DNA of 34,509 nt, taken from the IMG/VR virus record IMGVR_UViG_2541047783_000002; one strand, written 5' to 3'. The stretch is from a virus (lineage: Duplodnaviria; Heunggongvirae; Uroviricota; Caudoviricetes). Both the position numbers and the translations under genes were made by a program. Below the pieces are notes generated by a model that was not told the DNA's origin, did no database searches, and worked only from the letters and a program-made list of their open reading frames with translations. Below are positions 18,952-26,303 of the stretch, one piece after another. Positions within the stretch are counted from its first letter, which is position 1. Each line of letters begins with the position of its first letter.

Positions 18952-19502
18952 GAGATCACCCCGTAAATCTGTTCCCGCACCATCTTCAGGGTTTCCAGAC
19001 TCAGGCGGGTGTCGCCGGACTTCGCCTGTTTTTCCAGAGCATTCATCCGCGCCTCAATTTTTGCCAGCACCTCGGCCCGGAATCGCTTGTGGGTCACCGA
19101 AGCCCGTACCAGTGTGGCTATACTTTCCGAAGCAGTGGCCAGCAGTTTTGCGCGTTTTGCAGGGTCATCATTTTCCCCGATTTCCTGCAGACGCATCAGA
19201 ACATCCAGCATCTCGGTCTGAATAAGTGCCATCATCCCGGCAGAACGATCGTCCGCCTCGTCACCGGCTTCCTGTGCCATCAGACGCGCGGCCTCGGTGG
19301 CGGCGCGGATGCGGGCCAGTTGTCGCTCCATTTTGTAGCCAAACCGCTGCAGGGAAGAGCGGGTGATGACGTATCCCTTCTCCTTCAGCAGGGCTTCCAG
19401 CCGGGCATATCCACTGAAGTTATTCTCCGTCAGTGCCCGCTCCAGCCAGCGGCGGACCTCCGTCGGCAGAGAATCAATGCTGCTGCGACGTCCCATAATC
19501 AC
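18948..19502 (-). CDS. Mu gp27-like protein (DUF3486), putative terminase small subunit
   Basis: 184 aa directly upstream of terminase large subunit with 4-bp overlap; helical/charged composition. Confidence 0.55.
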   Translation of the reverse strand: MIMGRRSSIDSLPTEVRRWLERALTENNFSGYARLEALLKEKGYVITRSSLQRFGYKMERQLARIRAATEAARLMAQEAGDEADDRSAGMMALIQTEMLDVLMRLQEIGENDDPAKRAKLLATASESIATLVRASVTHKRFRAEVLAKIEARMNALEKQAKSGDTRLSLETLKMVREQIYGVIS

Positions 19503-19810
19503 TCACTCCAGTATTTTTCCGGGCGGGCAATACCCGGGCCGCATTCCACGGTGTATTCCACAATATCCACACCAAGGCGACTCAGATCGGCAAACCAGTC
19601 ACCGGACGGTCTCTTCTCCAGCTCCACCATTTTGCGATCTGCCAGATAATCAAGCTCCCGGCGCAGCTCCAGTTGCGTGGTGTCCGGGTAGATGGCACGG
19701 GACACGTCCAGCAGCAACGTTTCGCTGGCGGTGTAAGGGCGGGTTTTGTTCAGGGCAACCAGCAGACTCCAGCGCAGGGATTCGCGGCGTACCCGGGTAA
19801 TATCGACCAT
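19499..19810 (-). CDS. hypothetical protein (Mu gp26 position)
   Basis: 103 aa, translationally coupled to neighbours. Confidence 0.4.
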   Translation of the reverse strand: MVDITRVRRESLRWSLLVALNKTRPYTASETLLLDVSRAIYPDTTQLELRRELDYLADRKMVELEKRPSGDWFADLSRLGVDIVEYTVECGPGIARPEKYWSE

Positions 19811-20136
19811 TATTGACCTCCGGTATTGCGGTACTGCTGTACCACTTCCAGTTTGTTGTAAAGTGCGTCCAGTTTGGCCTCGATGACTGTCTGGCCACGG
19901 ATATAATCCTCGCGACGGACATAATTCAGCGGTAAATCCGCTTTAAATCGCATAAATTCCTTTTCCAGCTCGCCCCAGTTGGAGGCGGACTGTTGCAGGG
20001 CCTGTTCAAGGGAGGCGAATCGTGCAGCCTGACGTTCCTCCGCTTTACTGAACAGCCATTTGGCCATACCGCCAACAAAGCTCATGAAGGTGATGAGAAA
20101 GCCCACCACCGTCCAGAATTCAACCTGCAGTGTCAT
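19810..20136 (-). CDS. membrane-anchored coiled-coil protein (lysis- or packaging-associated)
   Basis: 108 aa; predicted N-terminal TM (WTVVGFLITFMSFVGGMAKWLF) followed by helical region. Confidence 0.45.
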   Translation of the reverse strand: MTLQVEFWTVVGFLITFMSFVGGMAKWLFSKAEERQAARFASLEQALQQSASNWGELEKEFMRFKADLPLNYVRREDYIRGQTVIEAKLDALYNKLEVVQQYRNTGGQ

Positions 20137-20783
20137 TTCTGTAATCCTTCCCGTTCATCCAGCAGCGCGTTTATCTGGTTTCGCCAGCGACGACATTGCC
20201 CTGCGTTGTCGATGATGTTGGCGAGGACGTCACGCTGGGAGACACCCGAATTGCGTAACCGGGCGTCAGCGGTTTCAGGTTGCCCGGTCGCTGTGCCAGA
20301 GCGGGTGCCAGCGGCGGCAACTGAGTCTGAATGACCGCTGTCGACGGATGCGTTGTCATATCCGAGTGCGGCGTTGTACTGGCGCACGAAACCGCGAGTA
20401 AACACGCACTCAATGGGATGGCTCTTACCTTTTTCATCAATCCAGCGCTGTGTGACATCGTTAATTTGCCCCTGTAGTTGTTTATTCCGGCTCTCCAGTT
20501 GAGCAATCTGCTCAAGATAACCGGCTTCAGCCCGCTGCCCGGCAGCCACCTGCTCCTGATACCGTCTGGCCCAGGCCCGCAGCGCAGCATTCTCAAGCGT
20601 TGCCTGCTCCGTTTTGTACGCGTCAAATGCTGACTGCAACTGACTGAGCGCGGTATCACCGTCACGCTTTGCAGAGTCATGACCACTTCTGTATCCCATG
20701 GCATACAGGCCGACCAGAAAGGCATTGATAAGAATGACCAGCAGAATGCCGCGCCACGGCAGCTTTTTCACCAGATGCCACAC
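20133..20783 (-). CDS. i-spanin (Rz-like)
   Basis: Predicted N-terminal TM (WRGILLVILINAFLVGLYAMGY) then coiled-coil; start assigned to GTG 20783 with GGGAGG SD 8 nt upstream (ORF-track start 20885 would give an unusually long cytoplasmic N-terminus). Confidence 0.6.
   Translation of the reverse strand: MWHLVKKLPWRGILLVILINAFLVGLYAMGYRSGHDSAKRDGDTALSQLQSAFDAYKTEQATLENAALRAWARRYQEQVAAGQRAEAGYLEQIAQLESRNKQLQGQINDVTQRWIDEKGKSHPIECVFTRGFVRQYNAALGYDNASVDSGHSDSVAAAGTRSGTATGQPETADARLRNSGVSQRDVLANIIDNAGQCRRWRNQINALLDEREGLQK
20171..20437 (-). CDS. o-spanin (Rz1-like lipoprotein) embedded in +1 frame of Rz
   Basis: MKKVRAIPLSACLLAVSCAS...: signal peptide with lipobox-like AVSC followed by Pro-rich sequence; entirely within Rz gene. 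Confidence 0.5.
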   Translation of the reverse strand: MKKVRAIPLSACLLAVSCASTTPHSDMTTHPSTAVIQTQLPPLAPALAQRPGNLKPLTPGYAIRVSPSVTSSPTSSTTQGNVVAGETR

Positions 20784-21501
20784 AACTGCTGCCTCCCCAT
20801 GTGAGATATCGCGGTGCCAGTTCGCGCAGGATGCGCTGCGGATAATGGCGGTTCTCCCGCCAGCTGGCCGCATTGCGTCCGGCATTCACCGTGGCGACAT
20901 GTCCGAACCAGCGGGTGCTGTCCAGACCTTTCTGTGATGCAAGCCGCCTGTCCCGTTGTACCCAGCCCAGACCACCGTTATAGCCCGACAGTGTCATGGC
21001 CATACGCTCGCAGTCACTGGCGGCGCTGACGCGCTGCCACAGCCAGCGGTCATAGCTGACCAGCGCCCGGATGGCCCATGCCGGATTAAACGGCTCACGG
21101 CTGTTAAGCCCCGGCATCAGCTGACTTATCCAGTCAGCAGTGGCGGGCATGAACTGCGCCAGTCCCTGAGCGCCAGCCGGCGAGACCGCATCAGGTCGCC
21201 AGCCGCTTTCCTGATGCAGTTGCGCGGCGAAATCGGCCACCGGCGCAGACAGTCCCCATTCAAGCCGGGCATTACGGATCACATCATCGCGATACTGCAG
21301 CGCAGCCTGCGGAGGTTGTGCTGCGCATGCCTGGCTGAAAAAGCCGCCACACCAGAGCAGCCAGACAATCACCAGGTTGCCAGCAAGCTGCCACCAGAAG
21401 CTGTATTTATCGTTACGTGGTTCGCCGTGTCTGATGGCGGTTACGCCCAGACCAAAGGCGAACAGAATAATGAGGGTGATTTGAGGCCAGTTCATGGTCA
21501 C
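20677..21501 (-). CDS. endolysin, lytic transglycosylase (SLT domain) with predicted N-terminal membrane segments
   Basis: Motif LHQESGWRPDAVSPAGAQGLAQFMPATA matches SLT catalytic region (ES...GLMQ...T); N-terminal hydrophobic stretches ITLIILFAFGLGVTAI and LAGNLVIVWLLWCGGFF. Confidence 0.75.
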   Translation of the reverse strand: MTMNWPQITLIILFAFGLGVTAIRHGEPRNDKYSFWWQLAGNLVIVWLLWCGGFFSQACAAQPPQAALQYRDDVIRNARLEWGLSAPVADFAAQLHQESGWRPDAVSPAGAQGLAQFMPATADWISQLMPGLNSREPFNPAWAIRALVSYDRWLWQRVSAASDCERMAMTLSGYNGGLGWVQRDRRLASQKGLDSTRWFGHVATVNAGRNAASWRENRHYPQRILRELAPRYLTWGGSSCVASGEKAAVARHSAGHSYQCLSGRPVCHGIQKWS

Positions 21502-21848
21502 AGTCCTGTTGCCACAGCCAGACAGACCGCTGCAACAATCAGTGCACGGCGGATTAACGCAGCAGAAAATACAAGGTGAAGGCCGGTCTGCACAGGGAAA
21601 CGCCCTTCAGCCATCAGCCTGTCGTCATGTTTCAGGTACTGACCGGGACGGGCTTTGGGGAAGAGCGAACGGTCAAGCCAGTAACCCAGCACTGCTGCCA
21701 GTGTGATGAGTGCCAGCTTGTAGATCACAACAGGTAACTGCTGTGGTGAGACCAGAGCGATGGTGCCCAGCAACAGCACTGAGGTCAGCAGCCAGCCGCT
21801 GAGGCGAGGTTTTTTAACAGGGGGAATGAATTTTTTCAGGTTTTTCAT
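21498..21848 (-). CDS. putative holin / small membrane protein
   Basis: Three predicted hydrophobic helices; start at ATG 21848 preceded by AAGGAGA SD; first gene of lysis cassette. Confidence 0.5.
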   Translation of the reverse strand: MKNLKKFIPPVKKPRLSGWLLTSVLLLGTIALVSPQQLPVVIYKLALITLAAVLGYWLDRSLFPKARPGQYLKHDDRLMAEGRFPVQTGLHLVFSAALIRRALIVAAVCLAVATGL

Positions 21849-21978
21849 GTGTGTCTCCTTGTCTGGTGGAGACAGCATCACAAATACAGGGCGCGAAGGA
21901 TTTTAAAGCGCGTTAAGAGAGCCGGGGATACGGGATGTGCAGGATAAACGATGAATTATTCACAGAGGAGAATGCAAC

Positions 21979-22722
21979 ATGACACATACACTGAATCCGG
22001 TCATCACTGTCACCGTGTCCGGTCCTGTGGGCAGCGGTAAAAGTTACGTACTGGCGCGGATAGAGGAAGTGGTGAAACAGGAACTCGGAAACAGCGTCAT
22101 TGTCGATGCCGCAGACGTGGACGGTGAGCGCCGTATGAGTGGCGATGATCTGACGACCTGGCAGAAGCCACGGGCTGGCACAGTGATCAGGCTGGAGGAA
22201 TACACGGGACAGGGCCTGTTGTCATACGGCGAGGAGCGTATCTGTCGGACGAATGAGCTACTGGATGTTATATGCCCCACGGGCCGGCAACCCTGGATAC
22301 TGCCCGATGCACTGCATGCCACCATTGCGGCACTGATGACAGTTTACGATCAGGAGCTGCTCATGAAGGAGTTACGTAAACTCACCGGTCAGCCAACAGA
22401 ATGTTGTTCGTCCCCGAAGTACGGGAAACAGGAACACATCCCGGTAAACACAATCCCCGTTAACCAGCCTCCCCGGTTCTTCGACGAATACATTCTGACA
22501 CCGGAAAATAAAGCTGAGCATGAAGAGATCAAAGCGGCGTTGTTCCGGGAAATCAGGAAGATTGCTGAAATGCAGCTGGGGGGCGGGCTGGACAGAGTGA
22601 TGGCGAGAGGAGAATGGGCATCGCTGTTTGAAAGAGTTTCCCCGGAATTACTTCCCCTCGCACTGGCTATCGGGATTATGCAGACAGCAGATAAACCTCA
22701 CTTACGTTCATTAAACACGTAA
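21979..22722 (+). CDS. hypothetical protein with N-terminal Walker A P-loop (GPVGSGKS)
   Basis: 247 aa; GAGGAG SD upstream of ATG; P-loop motif near residue 15-22; remainder unrecognised. Confidence 0.5.
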   Translation: MTHTLNPVITVTVSGPVGSGKSYVLARIEEVVKQELGNSVIVDAADVDGERRMSGDDLTTWQKPRAGTVIRLEEYTGQGLLSYGEERICRTNELLDVICPTGRQPWILPDALHATIAALMTVYDQELLMKELRKLTGQPTECCSSPKYGKQEHIPVNTIPVNQPPRFFDEYILTPENKAEHEEIKAALFREIRKIAEMQLGGGLDRVMARGEWASLFERVSPELLPLALAIGIMQTADKPHLRSLNT

Positions 22723-23102
22723 CGCATAATCCGGGATACGCATTCAGCGATGACTGCATTTTCGCCGGTTTTTACTGCATCCAGAAGCAACTCTTTAAAT
22801 GGTACGGGCCGGGGCTGCAGAAAGGTCGGCATGGCATTGAGCAGACAGAGCGTTTTTTCCGTGAGGACGACATCAGCCGCTCCCACAGCCAGCAACTGAG
22901 AGTAACGAATATAGCTGTTATCCCGAAGCCATATCAGCGTATCAATAAAATACCGGCACTTTTTCTGGTCGTGATCAACCTGGTCCGGGATATCGAAAAA
23001 ACCAGAATAAATCAAAACCTGAGGTGCCGGATGCGTGTTCAGTAATCGGCAGAATATTTTGCCGGTGAGTACATAAAAATCATCATTTAAGGAGTGCATC
23101 AT
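22698..23102 (-). CDS. hypothetical protein (134 aa)
   Basis: ORF convergent with 21979..22722 (25-bp 3' overlap); start codon overlaps start of 23101..23316 on opposite strand; no recognisable family. Confidence 0.4.
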   Translation of the reverse strand: MMHSLNDDFYVLTGKIFCRLLNTHPAPQVLIYSGFFDIPDQVDHDQKKCRYFIDTLIWLRDNSYIRYSQLLAVGAADVVLTEKTLCLLNAMPTFLQPRPVPFKELLLDAVKTGENAVIAECVSRIMRYVFNERK

Positions 23103-23316
23103 GAATCCCCGATTAACGTTAACAGAACATCAGCGCCGTGCCGAAGCAGTGAACAATGTTCTGGAAGATATTATCCGGTTACATCGCGGAGAACTGAGTA
23201 TCTGTCGTGCCACTGTTCATTTTCAGGAAATACAAAAGCAGTTCGATACTTCTGTTTTTGCAGAAGGGATCACTTATGCCCTGGACCAGATAAAGGCAGA
23301 CAATCACCCCGGATAA
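23101..23316 (+). CDS. hypothetical protein (71 aa)
   Basis: ATG preceded by AAGGAG at correct spacing. Confidence 0.45.
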   Translation: MNPRLTLTEHQRRAEAVNNVLEDIIRLHRGELSICRATVHFQEIQKQFDTSVFAEGITYALDQIKADNHPG

Positions 23317-23448
23317 TCCCTAAACCACATTAACAGAAATCCCACTATCCCTGCCGCATCATGAAAGAACGACCAGCCCGGTGCTTCGGACCCACCGGAC
23401 TGGCCATCGTCCCACAGAAGTGGCTGTGAGCCGACCGAGGTTCAGTCA

Positions 23449-23460
23449 GTCTCGCGAGAC
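23449..23460. promoter_or_regulatory. perfect 12-bp palindrome GTCTCGCGAGAC upstream of methyltransferase gene
   Basis: Self-complementary dodecamer about 50 bp upstream of the 23508 start, in a 190-bp noncoding gap. Confidence 0.3.
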
Positions 23461-23507
23461 CAGACTAGCCTGCCATATTTTTAATAATTGTAAAAGGCTT
23501 ACAGATT

Positions 23508-24272
23508 ATGAAAATGCAGACATTACCCATCGTTCCATGGATTGGTGGCAAACGCCGCCTTGCAAAACACATTCTGCCGCTGTTTCCGGCGCATGAATGT
23601 TATGTGGAGCCGTTCTGTGGGGCAGCAGCGCTCTATTTTCTTAAGACACCCGGCAAGATCGAAGTCATTAATGATATCAACGGTGAACTGGTGAATCTGT
23701 ACCGGGTGGTAAAGCATCACCTGGAAGAATTTGTCCGCCAGTTCAAATGGGCGCTGGTCAGCCGTCAGATCTACAAATGGCTGCAGATCACCCCGGAAGA
23801 AACACTGACGGATATCCAGCGTGCGGCACGGTTCTACTACCTTCAGAAGCAGGCGTTTGGCGGCAAGGTGGCAGAGCACAGCTTCGGTACCTCCACCACA
23901 TCCCCGCCACGCTTCAACCTGCTGCGTATTGAAGAAGAACTGTCAGCAGCACACCTGCGGCTTTCCAGAACAGTCATAGAACACATGGACTGGCAACAGT
24001 GCATTGAGCGTTATGATCGTCCGCACACGCTGTTCTACTGCGACCCACCGTACCTGGGTACGGAAGGCTATGGTGTGGATTTTCCTGAAGAGAACTACAC
24101 ACTACTCGCAGAACTGGCCCGGTGCATCAGAGGAAAGATGATTATCTCGGTGAACGACATTCCGCAGATGCGTCGGGTGTTCACTGAACTGAACATACAG
24201 ACGGTGAATATCAACTACAGTCTGGCGGGTAAACCCACGCCGCGCCGTGAACTGGTAATCTGCAACTTCTGA
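23508..24272 (+). CDS. DNA N6-adenine methyltransferase (Dam/D12 class), orphan
   Basis: N-terminal SAM-binding motif VEPFCGAAAL and catalytic DPPY motif (FYCDPPYLG); no adjacent restriction endonuclease gene. Confidence 0.85.
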   Translation: MKMQTLPIVPWIGGKRRLAKHILPLFPAHECYVEPFCGAAALYFLKTPGKIEVINDINGELVNLYRVVKHHLEEFVRQFKWALVSRQIYKWLQITPEETLTDIQRAARFYYLQKQAFGGKVAEHSFGTSTTSPPRFNLLRIEEELSAAHLRLSRTVIEHMDWQQCIERYDRPHTLFYCDPPYLGTEGYGVDFPEENYTLLAELARCIRGKMIISVNDIPQMRRVFTELNIQTVNINYSLAGKPTPRRELVICNF

Positions 24273-24303
24273 AACAAAACCGGAAAGCACAATGCTTTCC
24301 GGT
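24271..24303 (-). terminator. intrinsic terminator downstream of repressor gene (possibly bidirectional)
   Basis: Perfect 11-bp stem ACCGGAAAGCA/TGCTTTCCGGT with 3-nt loop (24279-24303); on minus strand followed by UUUUGUUUC. Confidence 0.6.
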
Positions 24304-24388
24304 AAATCAGCCCATTCCTGCCATGCTACTGACGGCGCTTTCTGAAAGCGTCCAGATCAACCACCTGTCCTTTGTGTCCGGGTCAGAA

Positions 24389-24766
24389 TCAGCCTGTAAA
24401 TTTACTTGGTTTGGGTTGAGTATAGAATCGCCCAACCTCAAGAAATGAGCGTCGTTGTTCCGGAGTCATTTCATCAAATGCGTCCATTAATTTTTGTTTT
24501 TCTGGTGACATTTTTGGGACAACATTGGTCATTACATCCCCTCTCTGTCCTGTAACAACGTAAAGCACGTCAAGCCCTAAAGTAGCCCAAATTGCCAAAG
24601 CATCTGCTCCGGGAGCGGATTCATCCTTTTCCCACCGCAATTGGCTTTTATAGGATGCCCCCACCAATTCAGCAAACTCAGACTGACTAAATCCTAGGCG
24701 GTTTCTTTCTTCTTTTAATCGTGAGCCAAGTGACATTTTTGTCCAATACCTATTTACATATCCCAT
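24389..24766 (-). CDS. XRE-family HTH repressor (c repressor analogue)
   Basis: HTH_XRE-like segment LGFSQSEFAELVGASYKSQLRWEKDE; divergent from early operon; true start may be ATG 24736 (MSLGSRL...) rather than 24766. Confidence 0.7.
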   Translation of the reverse strand: MGYVNRYWTKMSLGSRLKEERNRLGFSQSEFAELVGASYKSQLRWEKDESAPGADALAIWATLGLDVLYVVTGQRGDVMTNVVPKMSPEKQKLMDAFDEMTPEQRRSFLEVGRFYTQPKPSKFTG

Positions 24767-24776
24767 TTTTGGGATA
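24759..24776. promoter_or_regulatory. candidate operator: inverted repeat TATCCCA-N4-TGGGATA in divergent repressor/early promoter region
   Basis: 7-bp arms, 4-bp T spacer, located between repressor start and early operon start. Confidence 0.35.
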
Positions 24777-24828
24777 ATAATCTAACATATATAGAGCAAA
24801 CATCATTGCGTTAATAAAGGAGGCAACA

Positions 24829-25017
24829 ATGACTGCAGAGCAGGTCAAAGCCCATTTCCGCCGCAACGGAATCACCTTTACCCAGTGGGCAAAACAGAAC
24901 AACTACACCCGAGCAGAGGTTTACCGCGTACTGAATGGACAGGTAAAAGCGAACTATGGCAAAGCCCATGAAATCGCCGTCAAGCTGGGATTAAAAACCA
25001 TCACTGACGCCGCTTAA
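24829..25017 (+). CDS. Ner/Cro-like small DNA-binding protein (first early gene)
   Basis: 62 aa, strong SD AAAGGAGG; HTH-like segment TQWAKQNNYTRAEVYRVLNG; position equivalent to Mu ner. Confidence 0.5.
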   Translation: MTAEQVKAHFRRNGITFTQWAKQNNYTRAEVYRVLNGQVKANYGKAHEIAVKLGLKTITDAA

Positions 25018-25069
25018 AAAGATACAGCATGCGAAAAAGATTATCACATATTGAAAAAGAGGTATGCAG

Positions 25070-25378
25070 ATGAGTAAGACGAATGTTTCAAGCTCCGGCA
25101 GTCGCATCCTCCGGGTACTCAAAGCGCTGCGCGGTCATGCCCTGAACGGTATTTCCAACGGTGAACTGGCAGCAGCACTGCACGAGTCACCGGCAAACAT
25201 CAACCGGGCACTCAACACCCTCATTGAAGAAGGGCTGGCCCTGAAACTGGAGAATGGACGTTTTGCTCCTGGCATCCAGTTACTGCAGATCGCCATGGCT
25301 CACAGTAACGAGATGGCACGAGCGCAGGATCGTATTAACGAAATCAACCAACGTGTCATTTCAGGTAGTCGTTTGTAA
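25070..25378 (+). CDS. putative winged-helix DNA-binding protein
   Basis: HTH-like segment ISNGELAAALHESPANINRALNTLIEEGLA; start set at second ATG (25070) which has AAGAGG SD at proper spacing. Confidence 0.45.
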   Translation: MSKTNVSSSGSRILRVLKALRGHALNGISNGELAAALHESPANINRALNTLIEEGLALKLENGRFAPGIQLLQIAMAHSNEMARAQDRINEINQRVISGSRL

Positions 25379-25388
25379 GGAGTAATCA

Positions 25389-26300
25389 ATGGGACGCACC
25401 AAATCACCGGTTAGCACTGAACTGAACGCCGAGATACCGCTGTCTGATGATCTCAACGTCAGCCTGAATGCCATGACACAGCATCGTATGGAGATCATGC
25501 AGCAGTTCGGCGACGGCCTGCCCTATGAACGTAATCGCATCGTTCACGAAACTCGGTTTTATATGGACCAGAGTGCGGAGGCTATGCTGGAGGCAGGTAA
25601 ACGTTTGGTTATCCTGAAGGAAAATGAACCTCATGGAGAATACGTACAAATCGTCAAAGAACAGTTGAACCTTGAGCCACGCATAGCCCAAAAAATGGCC
25701 CAAGCTGCTCTGAAGTTTTTATCTCCAGAGCTGACATCAAAAGCGAAAACGTTTTCGCATTTGGGAAGATCAAAACTGTACGAATTGATGTTAGAGGATG
25801 ATGAAGACCTTGCCGAACTGGCCGACGGTGGCACAGTTGCCGGACTGACGCTTGACGACGTTGATCGCATGTCAGTACGTGAATTGCGTCAGTCTCTTCG
25901 CGAAGCCCGCGAAACCAACGCAGCACAACAGCGCGTGCTGGCCGACAAAAATGAAAAAATAGACTCACTCTCCACCAGACTGGAGAAGAAATCCCGTATT
26001 CAGCCGCCTGAGCCTGACGAAGAGGTGAAGAAACTGCGGGCGGAAGTGACAGCGTTAGCGGTTGAGGCGGAATCAGCTATCGCCGTCCGACTGTCCAGCG
26101 CTTTTGAGACGCTGTGTGCATATTGTGCTGAAAACATGATTGATACCCCCAGAGACTTCATGGCAGGCCTGGTCTGTCAACTGGAAAGCACAGCGCGTAG
26201 CCTGCGCTCCACATTTGACCTGCCGGACGAGCCAACAGGCGATGTCGCGCCTTCATGGCTGACTGAGCCGACGCCACAGATTAACGGGCTGGAGGCATAA
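25389..26300 (+). CDS. hypothetical protein (303 aa, predicted coiled-coil) upstream of transposase
   Basis: AAGGAG SD; charged helical central region; conserved position in early operon. Confidence 0.5.
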   Translation: MGRTKSPVSTELNAEIPLSDDLNVSLNAMTQHRMEIMQQFGDGLPYERNRIVHETRFYMDQSAEAMLEAGKRLVILKENEPHGEYVQIVKEQLNLEPRIAQKMAQAALKFLSPELTSKAKTFSHLGRSKLYELMLEDDEDLAELADGGTVAGLTLDDVDRMSVRELRQSLREARETNAAQQRVLADKNEKIDSLSTRLEKKSRIQPPEPDEEVKKLRAEVTALAVEAESAIAVRLSSAFETLCAYCAENMIDTPRDFMAGLVCQLESTARSLRSTFDLPDEPTGDVAPSWLTEPTPQINGLEA

Positions 26301-26303
26301 CCA

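Noticed and set aside
21882-21978. GCGCG...GCGCG elements upstream of the holin start as a hairpin/operator
   Set aside because: Repeats are direct rather than inverted and only 4-5 bp; insufficient to call a site, although a late promoter probably lies in this gap.
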